Assembly: GCA_963693365.1 (NCBI GenBank)
Contig: CAVNZM010000012.1
Span: forward strand, 3,547,617 to 3,611,616
Direction: 5' to 3'
Length of the DNA: 64,000 nucleotides
DNA from: Amoebidium appalachense
Taxonomy: Eukaryota > Protista > Ichthyosporea
Positions 1 through 8,863 of the stretch are shown piece after piece. The notes under the pieces are model-generated. The model did not search any database. It saw only the letters and a program-made list of their open reading frames with translations, and was not told where the DNA came from. Positions within the stretch are counted from its first letter, which is position 1. Every line of letters begins with the position of its first letter. A program made the position numbers and the translations under genes.

Positions 1-408
1 ACTATTGCTGGCAGGGCGCTGCGAAACGGGAGCATCGAACATCTCGACTGGACAGACGCGGAGTCCGACGACAGTCTGCCAGCGCGCGGGCGTTTCTTCG
101 TCACGTGCAGAGTCGATGACCCACACAACCCCTCTCTCTGCGGCGTCGACGTGGCCCATTGCCTGTTTCTTATCGACCACACTTATCCTTACTACTACGG
201 CATTCGCCCAAGCATCCAGGTTGGGGTGTCGGAGCGCAAGTACAAGTCGCTGTCTAGGTGGCTTGGGCAAGACTGCAACGCGCGGTCCGACATGGAGGTG
301 TTTGTCGTTGCCGCCGACGGACAATTGAATGCTAAGTGGGCTCATCTGGAGAGGCTACTCCCGATGACACTGGCCAACTTTGTGAGATATGTGAAATACA
401 ATTTGTAG
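1..408 (+). CDS. 3' part of a gene, paralog of the conserved C-terminal domain of the 22531-24033 and 24575-25768 proteins
   Basis: Frame 1 is open from base 1: DDSLPARGRFF...VFVVAADGQLNAKWAHLERLLPMTLANFVRYV. This matches DDRMPARGRFL...IYVVRADGPLSPEWEELEYMMPMTLRAFGDYV. Confidence 0.75.
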   Translation, partial: TIAGRALRNGSIEHLDWTDAESDDSLPARGRFFVTCRVDDPHNPSLCGVDVAHCLFLIDHTYPYYYGIRPSIQVGVSERKYKSLSRWLGQDCNARSDMEVFVVAADGQLNAKWAHLERLLPMTLANFVRYVKYNL

Positions 409-444
409 TGTTTGGGCGTTCCCATGTGTGGTTTTGTGTAGTTT

Positions 445-905
445 TTATGACGTCTTATCGGGTGGCCCACATTTGGCCCCCGCACACCTTGCAGAGCGGG
501 CTGTCGCCGCAGGGGTGGTTGTAGTTGACAATAAAATTTGGTTTGGCCCGTGAGCCCGTGGTCTTACAGGTCTCACACGCGCCACAGTCCTCGTTCGACA
601 TAGAAGTCGCACGCGTCGTCCACCTTGTCCATTATCCCCCCCCCCCCCCCCGCGTTCTTGCATCCCATGAGCATGCCCTCTGCGCGCACGCTGGCGCTTA
701 GCCACCTTACGTACTGCACAACGTCGTCCCGCGTCCCTGTGCACCCGGCTATCCAGTAGCAGATACAGTTGAACCTACCATCCTTTCCTAAACGTTGATT
801 TGTCCACACCTCCCACATGTTTTGCTGGTGTAGGATTCATTGACAAACACCACTGCAGTTCCCCGTTGCCACAAGCAGGGCGGCCGTGTGCACCGCGCGC
901 AACAT
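445..905 (-). pseudogene. GH114-like (endo-alpha-1,4-polygalactosaminidase) secreted glycanase, disrupted by a Fanzor remnant and a frameshift
   Basis: ATG at 905 gives MLRAVHTAALLVA (signal-like), with TATAAAA about 27 nt upstream. After the insertion: YVRWLSASVRAEGMLMGCKNA..DFYV / NEDCGACETC..KPNFIVNY, resembling the GH114 C-terminal pattern (KN, DFAVNEEC, KPVFxxEY). Confidence 0.55.
760..867 (-). mobile_element. Internally deleted Fanzor/TnpB remnant (zinc-finger fragment joined to the element 3' end)
   Basis: Minus strand reads VVFVNESYTSKTCGRCGQIN, fused directly to GTTTAGGAAAGGATGGTAGGTTCAACTGTATCTG. This end sequence is near-identical to 3830-3863. Confidence 0.8.
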
Positions 906-948
906 GCGCTACGGGTACGACGCGCGCCACTTTTATAGTGCGTGGGGT

Positions 949-1858
949 ATGATTCTACGCGCACTGGCCTGGTGTGTTTGCATGGCCGTGTGCGTCGAGC
1001 GCGTCGCGTGCAAGCGCTCGCAGTGCCCCCAGGGATCCGGGCTCCTGTTCTACAGGAGCTTCGAGCGCACGCCCGACGGCCCCATCACGCTCAAGTACCT
1101 CCGCGCGAGCGTGCCCAACGTGACCATGGCCACGGGCAGACTGAGCAACATGCGCGCAAAGGACGGCGCGCTCCGCATGAAAATGCCAAAGGGATGTGTA
1201 GGGACGGGCGAGTGTGCCTACCAATGGAAGGTTGCCCTCGACCCGACCCTCGAGGCCATGTACGCCTACAGCGTCAAGTTCGGGGCAGGCTATGACTTTG
1301 TGAAGGGAGGCAAACTCCCGGGCCTTTGCGGCAACACGTGCCCCACGGGTGGTAGGGATGCGTCCCGTGGGTTCAGTGCGCGCAACATGTGGCGCCCCGG
1401 GGGCAAGCTCGTGAGCTACCTCTACTTCCACGGAAAGGAGGGTGTGATGGGAAAAGACGTGGTTTGGATCAACAACAACAGGTAAGCCAATCATCATGCC
1501 CACCAACGAGTGGATCTTTCTGTATTTCTGGGTGCGCCTCAACACAGTTGGGCGGAGCGACGGGCTACTTGTGGGATACTACAACGGGGAGGTGGCCGTC
1601 AACCTCACCATGGATTGGCGGCGGAGCAACGACATTCTCATAGACTCGTATTACTTTTCCAACTTCTACGGGGGAAAGGGTGGTAGTTGGGCACCCAAGC
1701 ACGACATGTACATCCTGTTCAACGACCTGCAGGTGTGCACCCGCGACGGATTTCAGTGGGTCGGCGAGCGACCGCCTGTCAGCTCCCACAAGCCACTACC
1801 CGAGGGCGCGGCCGAGCCCGAAGGCGAAACGGTCCTGGGGCTGGCTACGTGTCCATAG
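949..1858 (+). pseudogene. PL14-family polysaccharide lyase (chlorovirus vAL-1-like) with signal peptide, frameshifted at about 1480
   Basis: YSVKF..YDFVKGGKLPGL, GFSARNMWR, then W..L...VRLNT..DG, FSNFYGG..WAP in the second ORF (1496-1858). Confidence 0.85.
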
Positions 1859-2351
1859 CAGGCCTGACCCCCTCGAAGATCCCCGATCGCCCGACGCAGC
1901 AGGCACGGTGGTGCCAGAGCATGCGGCGGAGCCACCTATACCCAGACGCCGAGTTGATGTCCGCGCGAAGACGGCGGTCGCGCCTTGCAAACAAACGCAG
2001 CGCGTCCCAGAGGATGCAGTCCAGCTGCTCCACTGCTGCTGCCGCAATGGCCGGGTCGTCTATGGTCATGTCCACGACGTCGGCGGCCACGTCGTCGTTG
2101 AAAGGACGCTCAATAACATACGTGAGGATGTGAAGCCGGTTGCCCGTGCGCCGATACGCCACGTGGCAGGCGGCGCGCCTCCTCTGTGCAACCGATGGGT
2201 GGTCCGTGGTGTCGCCGTCAAAGTAGGTTGGGTGGCAGCTGCCCACTATCTCCCGCGTTCGCACCCCCGAGCCGTACCGCACCTTAGCTCGCGCGCTTGA
2301 CGGCAGGGACATTGCCGTGGTGTGTGCTTTTGTAGCTAACTTGATTGGCAT
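1845..2351 (-). CDS. Hypothetical protein
   Basis: 168-aa ORF filling the space between neighbours, preceded by a CCAAT-rich spacer. No motif recognised. Confidence 0.4.
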   Translation of the reverse strand: MPIKLATKAHTTAMSLPSSARAKVRYGSGVRTREIVGSCHPTYFDGDTTDHPSVAQRRRAACHVAYRRTGNRLHILTYVIERPFNDDVAADVVDMTIDDPAIAAAAVEQLDCILWDALRLFARRDRRLRADINSASGYRWLRRMLWHHRACCVGRSGIFEGVRPAMDT

Positions 2352-2503
2352 TTCATCATGGCATCTGATCGGTTTATCACGATTTTATTCAACCAGCTCG
2401 TGATGACGCAATCGGTTCCTTTTGCGTTGTCTCGGGTCAATTCATTGGCTGACATCAGGACCCGTGCCGTCCAATCGAATGCCAGCGATTAAATGCCTCT
2501 ACT

Positions 2504-3055
2504 TCATGCAATGCCGAACGGTTTGTATTTTCTGAAGAATTTGCTGCGCCCGTGGTGGTAGAGCGATCGGGGGTGGCGGAGGATCAGCCCTTCCCCCCCG
2601 CGCCCTATCACCGCCTTGAACTTTCGGTGCAGTGCCTGCATGTTGGCCACGCGTGTGTGTGGCACCACGCGGATGTGCCGGTGGCGGAGGCGGGCCAGCC
2701 CCGCGACCCTCTGGGCCATCGGACCCGGCCTACCGGGCATGTCGAAGACCATGAAGCGCAGCCTGGCCCACCAGGGGTTTTGGCCGTTCCTGACTATGCC
2801 CACGATCCGCGTGCGCGTCCCGTAGCCAGCGAACAGCTCGCCGTCGAGCGCGTGCTTTGGAAACCCCCTGGTAAACCAGGCGGGAGCCGGAATGCGCTTG
2901 CCGTGGCGCGTCCACAGGCTCCTGCCGTCCCACAGCGCGCGGATGCCATCGTATTTCTCAGACGCGAGCCACCCCGTCACGTCCTCGCGCGGGAAGTCGT
3001 GCCTGTCGGTCCTCAGCCGCGTGCCCAGCATCAGTTTCATGTGTTCAGCGCACAT
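2504..3055 (-). CDS. ATP-dependent DNA ligase, adenylation domain only (no OB domain)
   Basis: Motifs I SEKYDGIR, III LDGELF, IIIa FMVFD, IV EGLILR and V KYKP, followed by a stop. Confidence 0.85.
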   Translation of the reverse strand: MCAEHMKLMLGTRLRTDRHDFPREDVTGWLASEKYDGIRALWDGRSLWTRHGKRIPAPAWFTRGFPKHALDGELFAGYGTRTRIVGIVRNGQNPWWARLRFMVFDMPGRPGPMAQRVAGLARLRHRHIRVVPHTRVANMQALHRKFKAVIGRGGEGLILRHPRSLYHHGRSKFFRKYKPFGIA

Positions 3056-3768
3056 TGCACACGCGACTTGTGCTGTATGTGCTGTTCCAGCATCCTACAC
3101 GTCTCGGCCAGTGCGGGCTTGAACGCCTCCTGAAGGTGCTCGGTCATGATGCGCCTGCGCTTGGACTTTGCGCAGTGCAACAGGGCCTCGGTCAGGATGC
3201 ACTCGGTGAACGACTGGATGATGCACGCGCACGCGATGCCGCTTATCACGCTGACCCGCCACTTGATGCCTGGGTTGAGCGCGATCAGCGTGTTCCTGAA
3301 GCGGGACGGGGGGAGCACCAGGTTGCACCGCCGCGTGATGGTCGTCCGCGACCCCGGCGTCAGCTGGTTGTCCTCGTACAGCACGAGGCTCTCCTGGATG
3401 CGGGTCAGCATGGTCCGCGTGACCTCGTCGGACAGGAACACGCGCGCGGCGCCCACGACGTGGCGCAGCTTGACGGTGACGTGCCGGGCGTCGCCCAGCA
3501 TGTGCACGATGCACATGCCGATCTTCTCCTGCAGGGCGGTCTGGAACATGTTGAGGTAGTCGAGGGCGTGCTTGTTGATCGCCACGCTCGACATGCGCTT
3601 GAGCAGGCGGTACGTGTACGCGTTGTACGACTTGGACTTCTCGCGCGCGACGGACGCGCACGGCGGGAACGCGGGATCGGGGTAGTAGCTGTCGAGCACG
3701 TCCGGGAGGCAGCCGAGCACGGAGTGTGGGCTGGGGGTGTGCACGTGGTCGGCGGGGGGGATCTCCAT
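3037..3768 (-). CDS. Viral histone doublet H2B-H2A
   Basis: H2B-like SYNAYTYRLLK..INKHALDYLNMF...TVKLRHVVGAARVFL, followed by H2A-like RRCNLVLPPSRF..RVS...IIQSFTECILTEA...KRRRIMTEHLQEA. Confidence 0.8.
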   Translation of the reverse strand: MEIPPADHVHTPSPHSVLGCLPDVLDSYYPDPAFPPCASVAREKSKSYNAYTYRLLKRMSSVAINKHALDYLNMFQTALQEKIGMCIVHMLGDARHVTVKLRHVVGAARVFLSDEVTRTMLTRIQESLVLYEDNQLTPGSRTTITRRCNLVLPPSRFRNTLIALNPGIKWRVSVISGIACACIIQSFTECILTEALLHCAKSKRRRIMTEHLQEAFKPALAETCRMLEQHIQHKSRVQCALNT

Positions 3769-3829
3769 GGTTGTGCACCAGATTTATTTGTGGGACCAAT
3801 CGGATTTCGCGCCCGTGGCGTGGAGAGTA

Positions 3830-3972
3830 CAGATACAGTTGAACCTACCATCCCTTCCTAAACTTACCAACATGACCACGGGTCATGAAAGGAGCTAGGC
3901 TAGTGGCATGGTCATGCAAGGTTACAAGAACCTTGGCCTATACCGGCAGAGGCCCGTGGCTGCCCACGGGCC
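3830..3972 (-). ncRNA. Putative Fanzor fRNA/omegaRNA scaffold
   Basis: Three perfect hairpins overlapping or following the ORF end: GGCCCGTGG/CCACGGGCC, CAAGGTT/AACCTTG and CATGACC/GGTCATG. Ends in GGTAGGTTCAA. Confidence 0.6.
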
Positions 3973-4111
3973 GCGTACATGAGCGAATAAATATGTTGCG
4001 AGCCCCATTGACATCTCTGTCAATGACCAACCCACAATGTTTACACTTGAACACCTTAGAACCTCCAAGACCCTGGTTGATTTGTCCACACCTCCCATAT
4101 GTTTTGCTGGT
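3830..4111 (-). mobile_element. Non-autonomous Fanzor/TnpB remnant: C-terminal zinc finger, RuvC-III and intact 3' end
   Basis: TSKTYGRCGQIN..GGSKVFKCKHCGLVIDRDVNGARNI, followed by a structured 3' region shared with the 760 copy. Confidence 0.85.
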
Positions 4112-4227
4112 GGACGGCATCGCTGAACGTGTTACCCATGCAAACGTGTACATAAGAGGTACCACCCTACGCCCCGAAACAGCCGCGCCCGGCGCGTCGC
4201 TCGCGCAAAATCGATACACACAGTAAC

Positions 4228-4500
4228 ATGCCTGACATTGGTCTGCTGCATTACGTAGTGCTGGTTTCCGGTCTCGTCGGCGGACTGACGACGTCCTGGA
4301 TGGTGGTGCAGTGGTACGACGAGATGAGCAAGGAGAAGTGCGTCGAGCCAACCGTGGCCAAACTGAAGTACACGTTTGTGTGGAGCCTCATCGTCGGCCT
4401 CACGCTAATCTTGATGCTGTTGGGGGTGATCGGCCGCGCAATCTACAACTCCATGAACCCAAGCCCCGCCCCCCAGATGATGCACATGAGGATGGAGTAG
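4228..4500 (+). CDS. Small two-transmembrane protein
   Basis: Two hydrophobic helices flanking a short Cys-containing loop; high-GC3 codon usage. Confidence 0.6.
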   Translation: MPDIGLLHYVVLVSGLVGGLTTSWMVVQWYDEMSKEKCVEPTVAKLKYTFVWSLIVGLTLILMLLGVIGRAIYNSMNPSPAPQMMHMRME

Positions 4501-4537
4501 GCTCGTGGTCGCGCCCTTTGAATCTGGGCCTCTAGCA

Positions 4538-4996
4538 ATGGGATGCCACATGGCCGAGTACGGGCAGATCCACCGCATGTACGCGTCCGTCCTGTTGGAG
4601 GACCGCAGCCGCGTCGACGTGCCCCGCCTCGACCGGATCCCCTCGCGCGACCACCTGTGCGCCGTGTATCCGGCGTGCACGATCGAGTGCATGCCCGACT
4701 GGCTGTCGTACTGTGCGCTCCCCGAGGCGGGGCCAACCCCCACAAGACCCGCGGGGGACAACGCGCTGTGGGACACGATCCGGCGGCGCGAGGCGGCGGT
4801 GAACGCGATGCAGGCGCGCGTGGGCGGGTGTCACATCGACTACCCGCAGGTGGAGACGCTGGATCTGCAGCCGCGCACCCCTCCTGTAGAGCTGCCCGCC
4901 TGGTTTGCCGAGCGCATGCGGCTGGACAGTGCCCTGTCTCCGACCACCACGTACGACACGGTGTCGAAGCCGACAATCGATTATCTACACCTATAG
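4538..4996 (+). CDS. Hypothetical protein
   Basis: ORF in the co-oriented gene run, with viral codon bias. Confidence 0.55.
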   Translation: MGCHMAEYGQIHRMYASVLLEDRSRVDVPRLDRIPSRDHLCAVYPACTIECMPDWLSYCALPEAGPTPTRPAGDNALWDTIRRREAAVNAMQARVGGCHIDYPQVETLDLQPRTPPVELPAWFAERMRLDSALSPTTTYDTVSKPTIDYLHL

Positions 4997-4998
4997 CA

Positions 4999-5589
4999 AT
5001 GCCCGTTCGCTTTTTTGTCGAGTGGCGCGAGTTTCCAGATACACTCTCCGGCTTCCGGTCGTGGTACGAGTGCGTGTTCTACTCGATCGACGCGGCCGCG
5101 GGGCTGGAGAGCAACCCGCGGCCCGACCGGGCCGAGACCGTGCTGGCGCTGAAGTGCCTGCTGCTGGAGAACGACTACTCGCTCGGGAGGTTTCTGCTGA
5201 AGGCGCTCAACAGCTTCACGGGCACACAGTTCGGGCTGTTCTCGACGCTGATGATCGCCGACAGTCCGAGCGAGCTCAGCGAGCTGCAGCGGCTGGTGTC
5301 GAAGGTGGACAGCGGGAACTCGGTGATCGCGTTTGTAGAAAACGAGGGCTCGCTCATGTCGTTTGTCATCAAGAAGCAGTCGCCCGACGACGTGGTGATC
5401 GTGGTCCTGGACCAGACACGCCCGTACAACGTCGGACACCGCGCGTTCGTGGCGTTGTTCGCGCACGCGTTCCTGAAACCGGGGAAGCCGATGGACCTCG
5501 CCGCGGACATCGACTTGGAGGAGATCACGAACAGCATCCGCGAGAAGCGGGTGCGCATGCAGTCGCTGGCCGGGGAGCCGCGCCAATAA
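4999..5589 (+). CDS. Hypothetical protein
   Basis: ATG at 4999 (MPVRFF...), 2 nt after the previous stop; strong GC3 bias. Confidence 0.6.
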   Translation: MPVRFFVEWREFPDTLSGFRSWYECVFYSIDAAAGLESNPRPDRAETVLALKCLLLENDYSLGRFLLKALNSFTGTQFGLFSTLMIADSPSELSELQRLVSKVDSGNSVIAFVENEGSLMSFVIKKQSPDDVVIVVLDQTRPYNVGHRAFVALFAHAFLKPGKPMDLAADIDLEEITNSIREKRVRMQSLAGEPRQ

Positions 5590-5612
5590 ACATATCTTTG
5601 CCCTATCTAGAC

Positions 5613-6314
5613 ATGAAGCTCCTCCCGTTCTACCCCAACACCATCCCACCGGAGGCCGTGTGCGTCTTTGTGGGCCCGCGGGGCAGCGGCAAAAGTATCG
5701 CGATGGCCAACGTGTTGTACCACAAGCGAAAATACCTCAGCGCAGGAATCGCCATGAGCGCCACCGAAGACGGTAACCAGTTCTGGGGTAGATACCTCAA
5801 CAAGGCGTTCATCTACTCCGAGTTCCGACCGGCGGAGCTCAGGCAGCTGTACGAGCGCCAGAAGGACCGGGTCAAGACCTGGAACAAACGGACATCGCCC
5901 AACATCTTCTGTATCGCCGAGGATGTGATATACGACAAACAGCTGAAGACAGACCCAACTATCCGACAGATCTTCTTCAACGGGCGGCACTTCAACTGGT
6001 TCTACCTGATGAGCATCCAGTACGCGAAGAGCATCCCGCCCGAATACCGCAACAACATCAACTGCCTGTTCGTGTTTGCAGAGGACAGCCAGCTGGAGCG
6101 CAGGAAGCTGTGGGAAAGCTTCTTCGGCTTCATCGAGAACTTCAAGGACTTCAATGAGCTGCTCAACGAGTACACGGCCAACTACGGAATCCTCGTGCTG
6201 GACCGGACGCACAAGACGAACCGTATCGAGGACAAGTTGTTCTACTGGCGGGCGGACGTCAACATCCGGTTCCGTGCGGGCGACCGGAAGTTCCAGAGCT
6301 ACGGCGTGGAGTAA
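5613..6314 (+). CDS. A32-like virion DNA packaging ATPase
   Basis: Walker A VGPRGSGKS, AMSATE, Walker B CIAEDV, FFNGRHFN, SIQY, PPEYRNNI. Confidence 0.92.
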   Translation: MKLLPFYPNTIPPEAVCVFVGPRGSGKSIAMANVLYHKRKYLSAGIAMSATEDGNQFWGRYLNKAFIYSEFRPAELRQLYERQKDRVKTWNKRTSPNIFCIAEDVIYDKQLKTDPTIRQIFFNGRHFNWFYLMSIQYAKSIPPEYRNNINCLFVFAEDSQLERRKLWESFFGFIENFKDFNELLNEYTANYGILVLDRTHKTNRIEDKLFYWRADVNIRFRAGDRKFQSYGVE

Positions 6315-6343
6315 CCTCGCGTTTATTTTCTGCGTGCATTGTA

Positions 6344-6898
6344 ATGGACCTTGCAGCCGTGATCGACGCCAAGATGATGGAGAGGAAGTTCGAAGCGGCA
6401 CACGAGGAGTTCCGGGCAGCGCAGCAGGAGTACAGGAGCGCGATCGAGTCCAAAAACAAGGACCTGGACGCCTACAACGCGCGCAACAAGGAGTTGGAAC
6501 GGTGGGTCAAGGAGACCCAGGAGCGCCTCGAGCGCGAGATTGTGTCAAAAAACGAGCTCGCGGACAAGCTTGAAAAGATGACAGACGAATACTGGGAGCG
6601 TGCACGCGAAAACTACGAGAGGCTGGACAAGCGGCTGTCGGAGTACGAGAGCGCTCGGGGGCACATTGCCGAACTGGAGGAGCAGCTTCGCCAGCACAAG
6701 GAGATCTTGGAGAAACAAGGCCTGTCGATCGCGGAGGCCCAGGGCACCAGCGTGACCGAGGAGCGGCTGCGCGAGCGCGAGCGCAAGCTCGAGGCGCTCA
6801 TCGACAGTAAGCTAGCCACTGTGATCCCACCGCCGCCGCCGCGTATAAAATACAAGGACCTGCTGGGCAAGCTGAACGATGACACTCCGCTCTTTTGA
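6344..6898 (+). CDS. Coiled-coil protein
   Basis: E/K/R-rich heptad pattern. Confidence 0.65.
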   Translation: MDLAAVIDAKMMERKFEAAHEEFRAAQQEYRSAIESKNKDLDAYNARNKELERWVKETQERLEREIVSKNELADKLEKMTDEYWERARENYERLDKRLSEYESARGHIAELEEQLRQHKEILEKQGLSIAEAQGTSVTEERLRERERKLEALIDSKLATVIPPPPPRIKYKDLLGKLNDDTPLF

Positions 6899-7370
6899 GG
6901 TGTCGCTCGAGTACCAGGCTGCGCGCGCCGTGTACAAGACGCACGGCTCTTTTGCGCGGCTGCCGGCCCATCTAGAAGGCAACGTGCACGTGGACATGGC
7001 GCGCTCGGCCGTGTATCGGGCGCGCGTGCATCTGGACATCACGGGGATGCCTGTAGTCCATCTGTTCCTATCGGGGCGCGACGCGTTGGTTCGGGCGCTG
7101 CATACGCTTGGACGCCTGCGCGAGAGGTACGCGGGTACACAGTTCGAATTCGGCGACAGCCTTCTCCATGACATTGCGCACGAACTGGCCGCGAGCCGCA
7201 GCGTGCACGTGATCATGGGGAGGGGTTTTATACTGCGGACAGGCGTGGTGCCCGTGGAGCGGTTGATGATGCGCGTTCCATGGATGGAGCCGGAGTTGGA
7301 TTCGTTTGCAAGCGTGAACGCCCTCAGTTTATTCATACCCCAAACCAATGCCGAAACGAACACGACGTAG
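6879..7370 (+). CDS. Hypothetical protein
   Basis: ORF overlapping both neighbours in the gene run. Confidence 0.5.
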   Translation: MTLRSFEVSLEYQAARAVYKTHGSFARLPAHLEGNVHVDMARSAVYRARVHLDITGMPVVHLFLSGRDALVRALHTLGRLRERYAGTQFEFGDSLLHDIAHELAASRSVHVIMGRGFILRTGVVPVERLMMRVPWMEPELDSFASVNALSLFIPQTNAETNTT

Positions 7371-7560
7371 AAACAAAACCCCGCGGTCGTCCTGTGGGCG
7401 CCGCTGCCGCGCCACGTGCGTGCGCTACGCCGGCGGCTGGATCCCCAACCGGTGTCGCGACTGGGCGCAGCCCAAATACATCCGCGTACCCTCCGCGCAC
7501 AACTGGGGCGTGATCGAGGTGCCCCCGGTCAACCCCATAAACTGGGCAAAATACATGTGA
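7348..7560 (+). CDS. Small basic Cys-containing protein
   Basis: MPKRTRRRNK..CGRRCRATC..; fills the gap before the convergent VLTF2. Confidence 0.45.
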   Translation: MPKRTRRRNKTPRSSCGRRCRATCVRYAGGWIPNRCRDWAQPKYIRVPSAHNWGVIEVPPVNPINWAKYM

Positions 7561-7568
7561 TGGTCTTG

Positions 7569-8144
7569 TCAGCGTGCAGTCAGGAAGCCGAGAATACTGG
7601 ATTCCGTCTGGCGCGGCGGGGCCTGTTGTGGCTGTGGGCGGCGTTCCGGGACTTTGACGGCGTGGCGCGAGACAACGAATTGCTCGTCCAGGACGAACGG
7701 ACAGCTGGTGAGCGTGACCGGATGGGCACCCTTGAGTGACGCAGCGCGGAATTCGTCGATGTCCATGCAGCCGCCGAACATCTTGAGTACGGTGCGGGGG
7801 GGTGCAGGAGCGGGCATGATGCCGCCAGTACCACCCATCCGACGGTACATCAGCGACAACAGGGATGGGGCGCGCGCCTTTACATACCCGGGCATCTCCT
7901 TGAGATACGTCCTCGCGCAAGCGAAGGAACAGAACACGTTCGGTGTGCAATAAAAGAGGCGCGTGTCGTCCCTGTATCGGTATGGAATCGCGACGAAGGG
8001 CCCGGGTATTGAATGGCAACAGTAGTGACATACGGATGTCAGCAGTTCGACGGGTCTGACGGACATGACCGTGCCCGGCGCGAGTGTGCGCTCGGTGTAG
8101 CCGGTGGGGGATGCATGGAGCAGCTGTGCGTTCACTTTGGACAT
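7569..8144 (-). CDS. Viral late transcription factor 2 (poxvirus A1L-like)
   Basis: CHYCCH..P..IP, FCSFACA, APPRTVLKMFGGCMDIDEFR. Confidence 0.88.
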   Translation of the reverse strand: MSKVNAQLLHASPTGYTERTLAPGTVMSVRPVELLTSVCHYCCHSIPGPFVAIPYRYRDDTRLFYCTPNVFCSFACARTYLKEMPGYVKARAPSLLSLMYRRMGGTGGIMPAPAPPRTVLKMFGGCMDIDEFRAASLKGAHPVTLTSCPFVLDEQFVVSRHAVKVPERRPQPQQAPPRQTESSILGFLTAR

Positions 8145-8189
8145 TTGGTGTTGGACTGACAGTGTTTCTTTATTTATACCCTCAGACGA

Positions 8190-8597
8190 TCACGCATGCA
8201 CCACGACGCCAATAGGCTGGGTGTTCGGTGCCGGCTTGGGGGCTATCTTGCGTGCCTTTTTTTTTGGCACAGGGGCGTCGGTTGGTTGGTGGGGGCGCTT
8301 TTCGGGCGCCTCCGGGGGCGCCTCAGGCACAGCGGATTCCGCAGCCACGGGGGGCACATCGGCGGGGGCAGCGCCAGCATCCTTAGCCGTCTTTGCCTGA
8401 GCCTTGAGAAAGGGGGCGATGCAGCGGTTCAGGTAGTGGCGCAGGAGAAACTGCCCCACGGTGGGGCCCTGGTCGAACAAGGGGTCGTCGAGGTTCATCT
8501 TGTCGATGTCGCCGTTGCGCTCGACGGCGTACTCGCACAGAAGCTTCCACTGCTTGCGGATTCCGAACTTCTTCTTAGATTTGGTCTCGCCGGTCAT
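8190..8597 (-). CDS. Hypothetical protein with basic Pro-rich tail
   Basis: ATG at 8597 after an AT-rich leader; KKKARK NLS-like motif. Confidence 0.5.
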   Translation of the reverse strand: MTGETKSKKKFGIRKQWKLLCEYAVERNGDIDKMNLDDPLFDQGPTVGQFLLRHYLNRCIAPFLKAQAKTAKDAGAAPADVPPVAAESAVPEAPPEAPEKRPHQPTDAPVPKKKARKIAPKPAPNTQPIGVVVHA

Positions 8598-8641
8598 TGT
8601 TACATATACGTATAGAAAATATTTCAACGCGGTTTTTGGGG

Positions 8642-8863
8642 CTACCGGGTCAGCTCCAATGCCAGTATAAGAATTAACAGAATGACTATGAAGTCGAGCC
8701 TGCGCAGCACGGGATCGCGAGGGAAGAAACGCGTGGGGGGCGGACCCACTGGATCGCCCGACGCCTTCGCAACGCTGTTGCGCTTGGGGTCCAGGTCGAT
8801 GGGGGGGAACAGTTTGTCGAGGGGGTTGTCGACGGTGAAGTGCACCGAGTTGAAGAGACTCAT
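8642..8863 (-). CDS. Small protein with C-terminal transmembrane helix
   Basis: FIVILLILILAL tail; start overlaps the stop of the upstream gene. Confidence 0.45.
   Translation of the reverse strand: MSLFNSVHFTVDNPLDKLFPPIDLDPKRNSVAKASGDPVGPPPTRFFPRDPVLRRLDFIVILLILILALELTR

Noticed and set aside
1481-1490. Intron in the PL14 gene (CAG/GTAAG)
   Set aside because: Homologous coding sequence resumes within about 15 nt, leaving no room for an intron. A frameshift is simpler.
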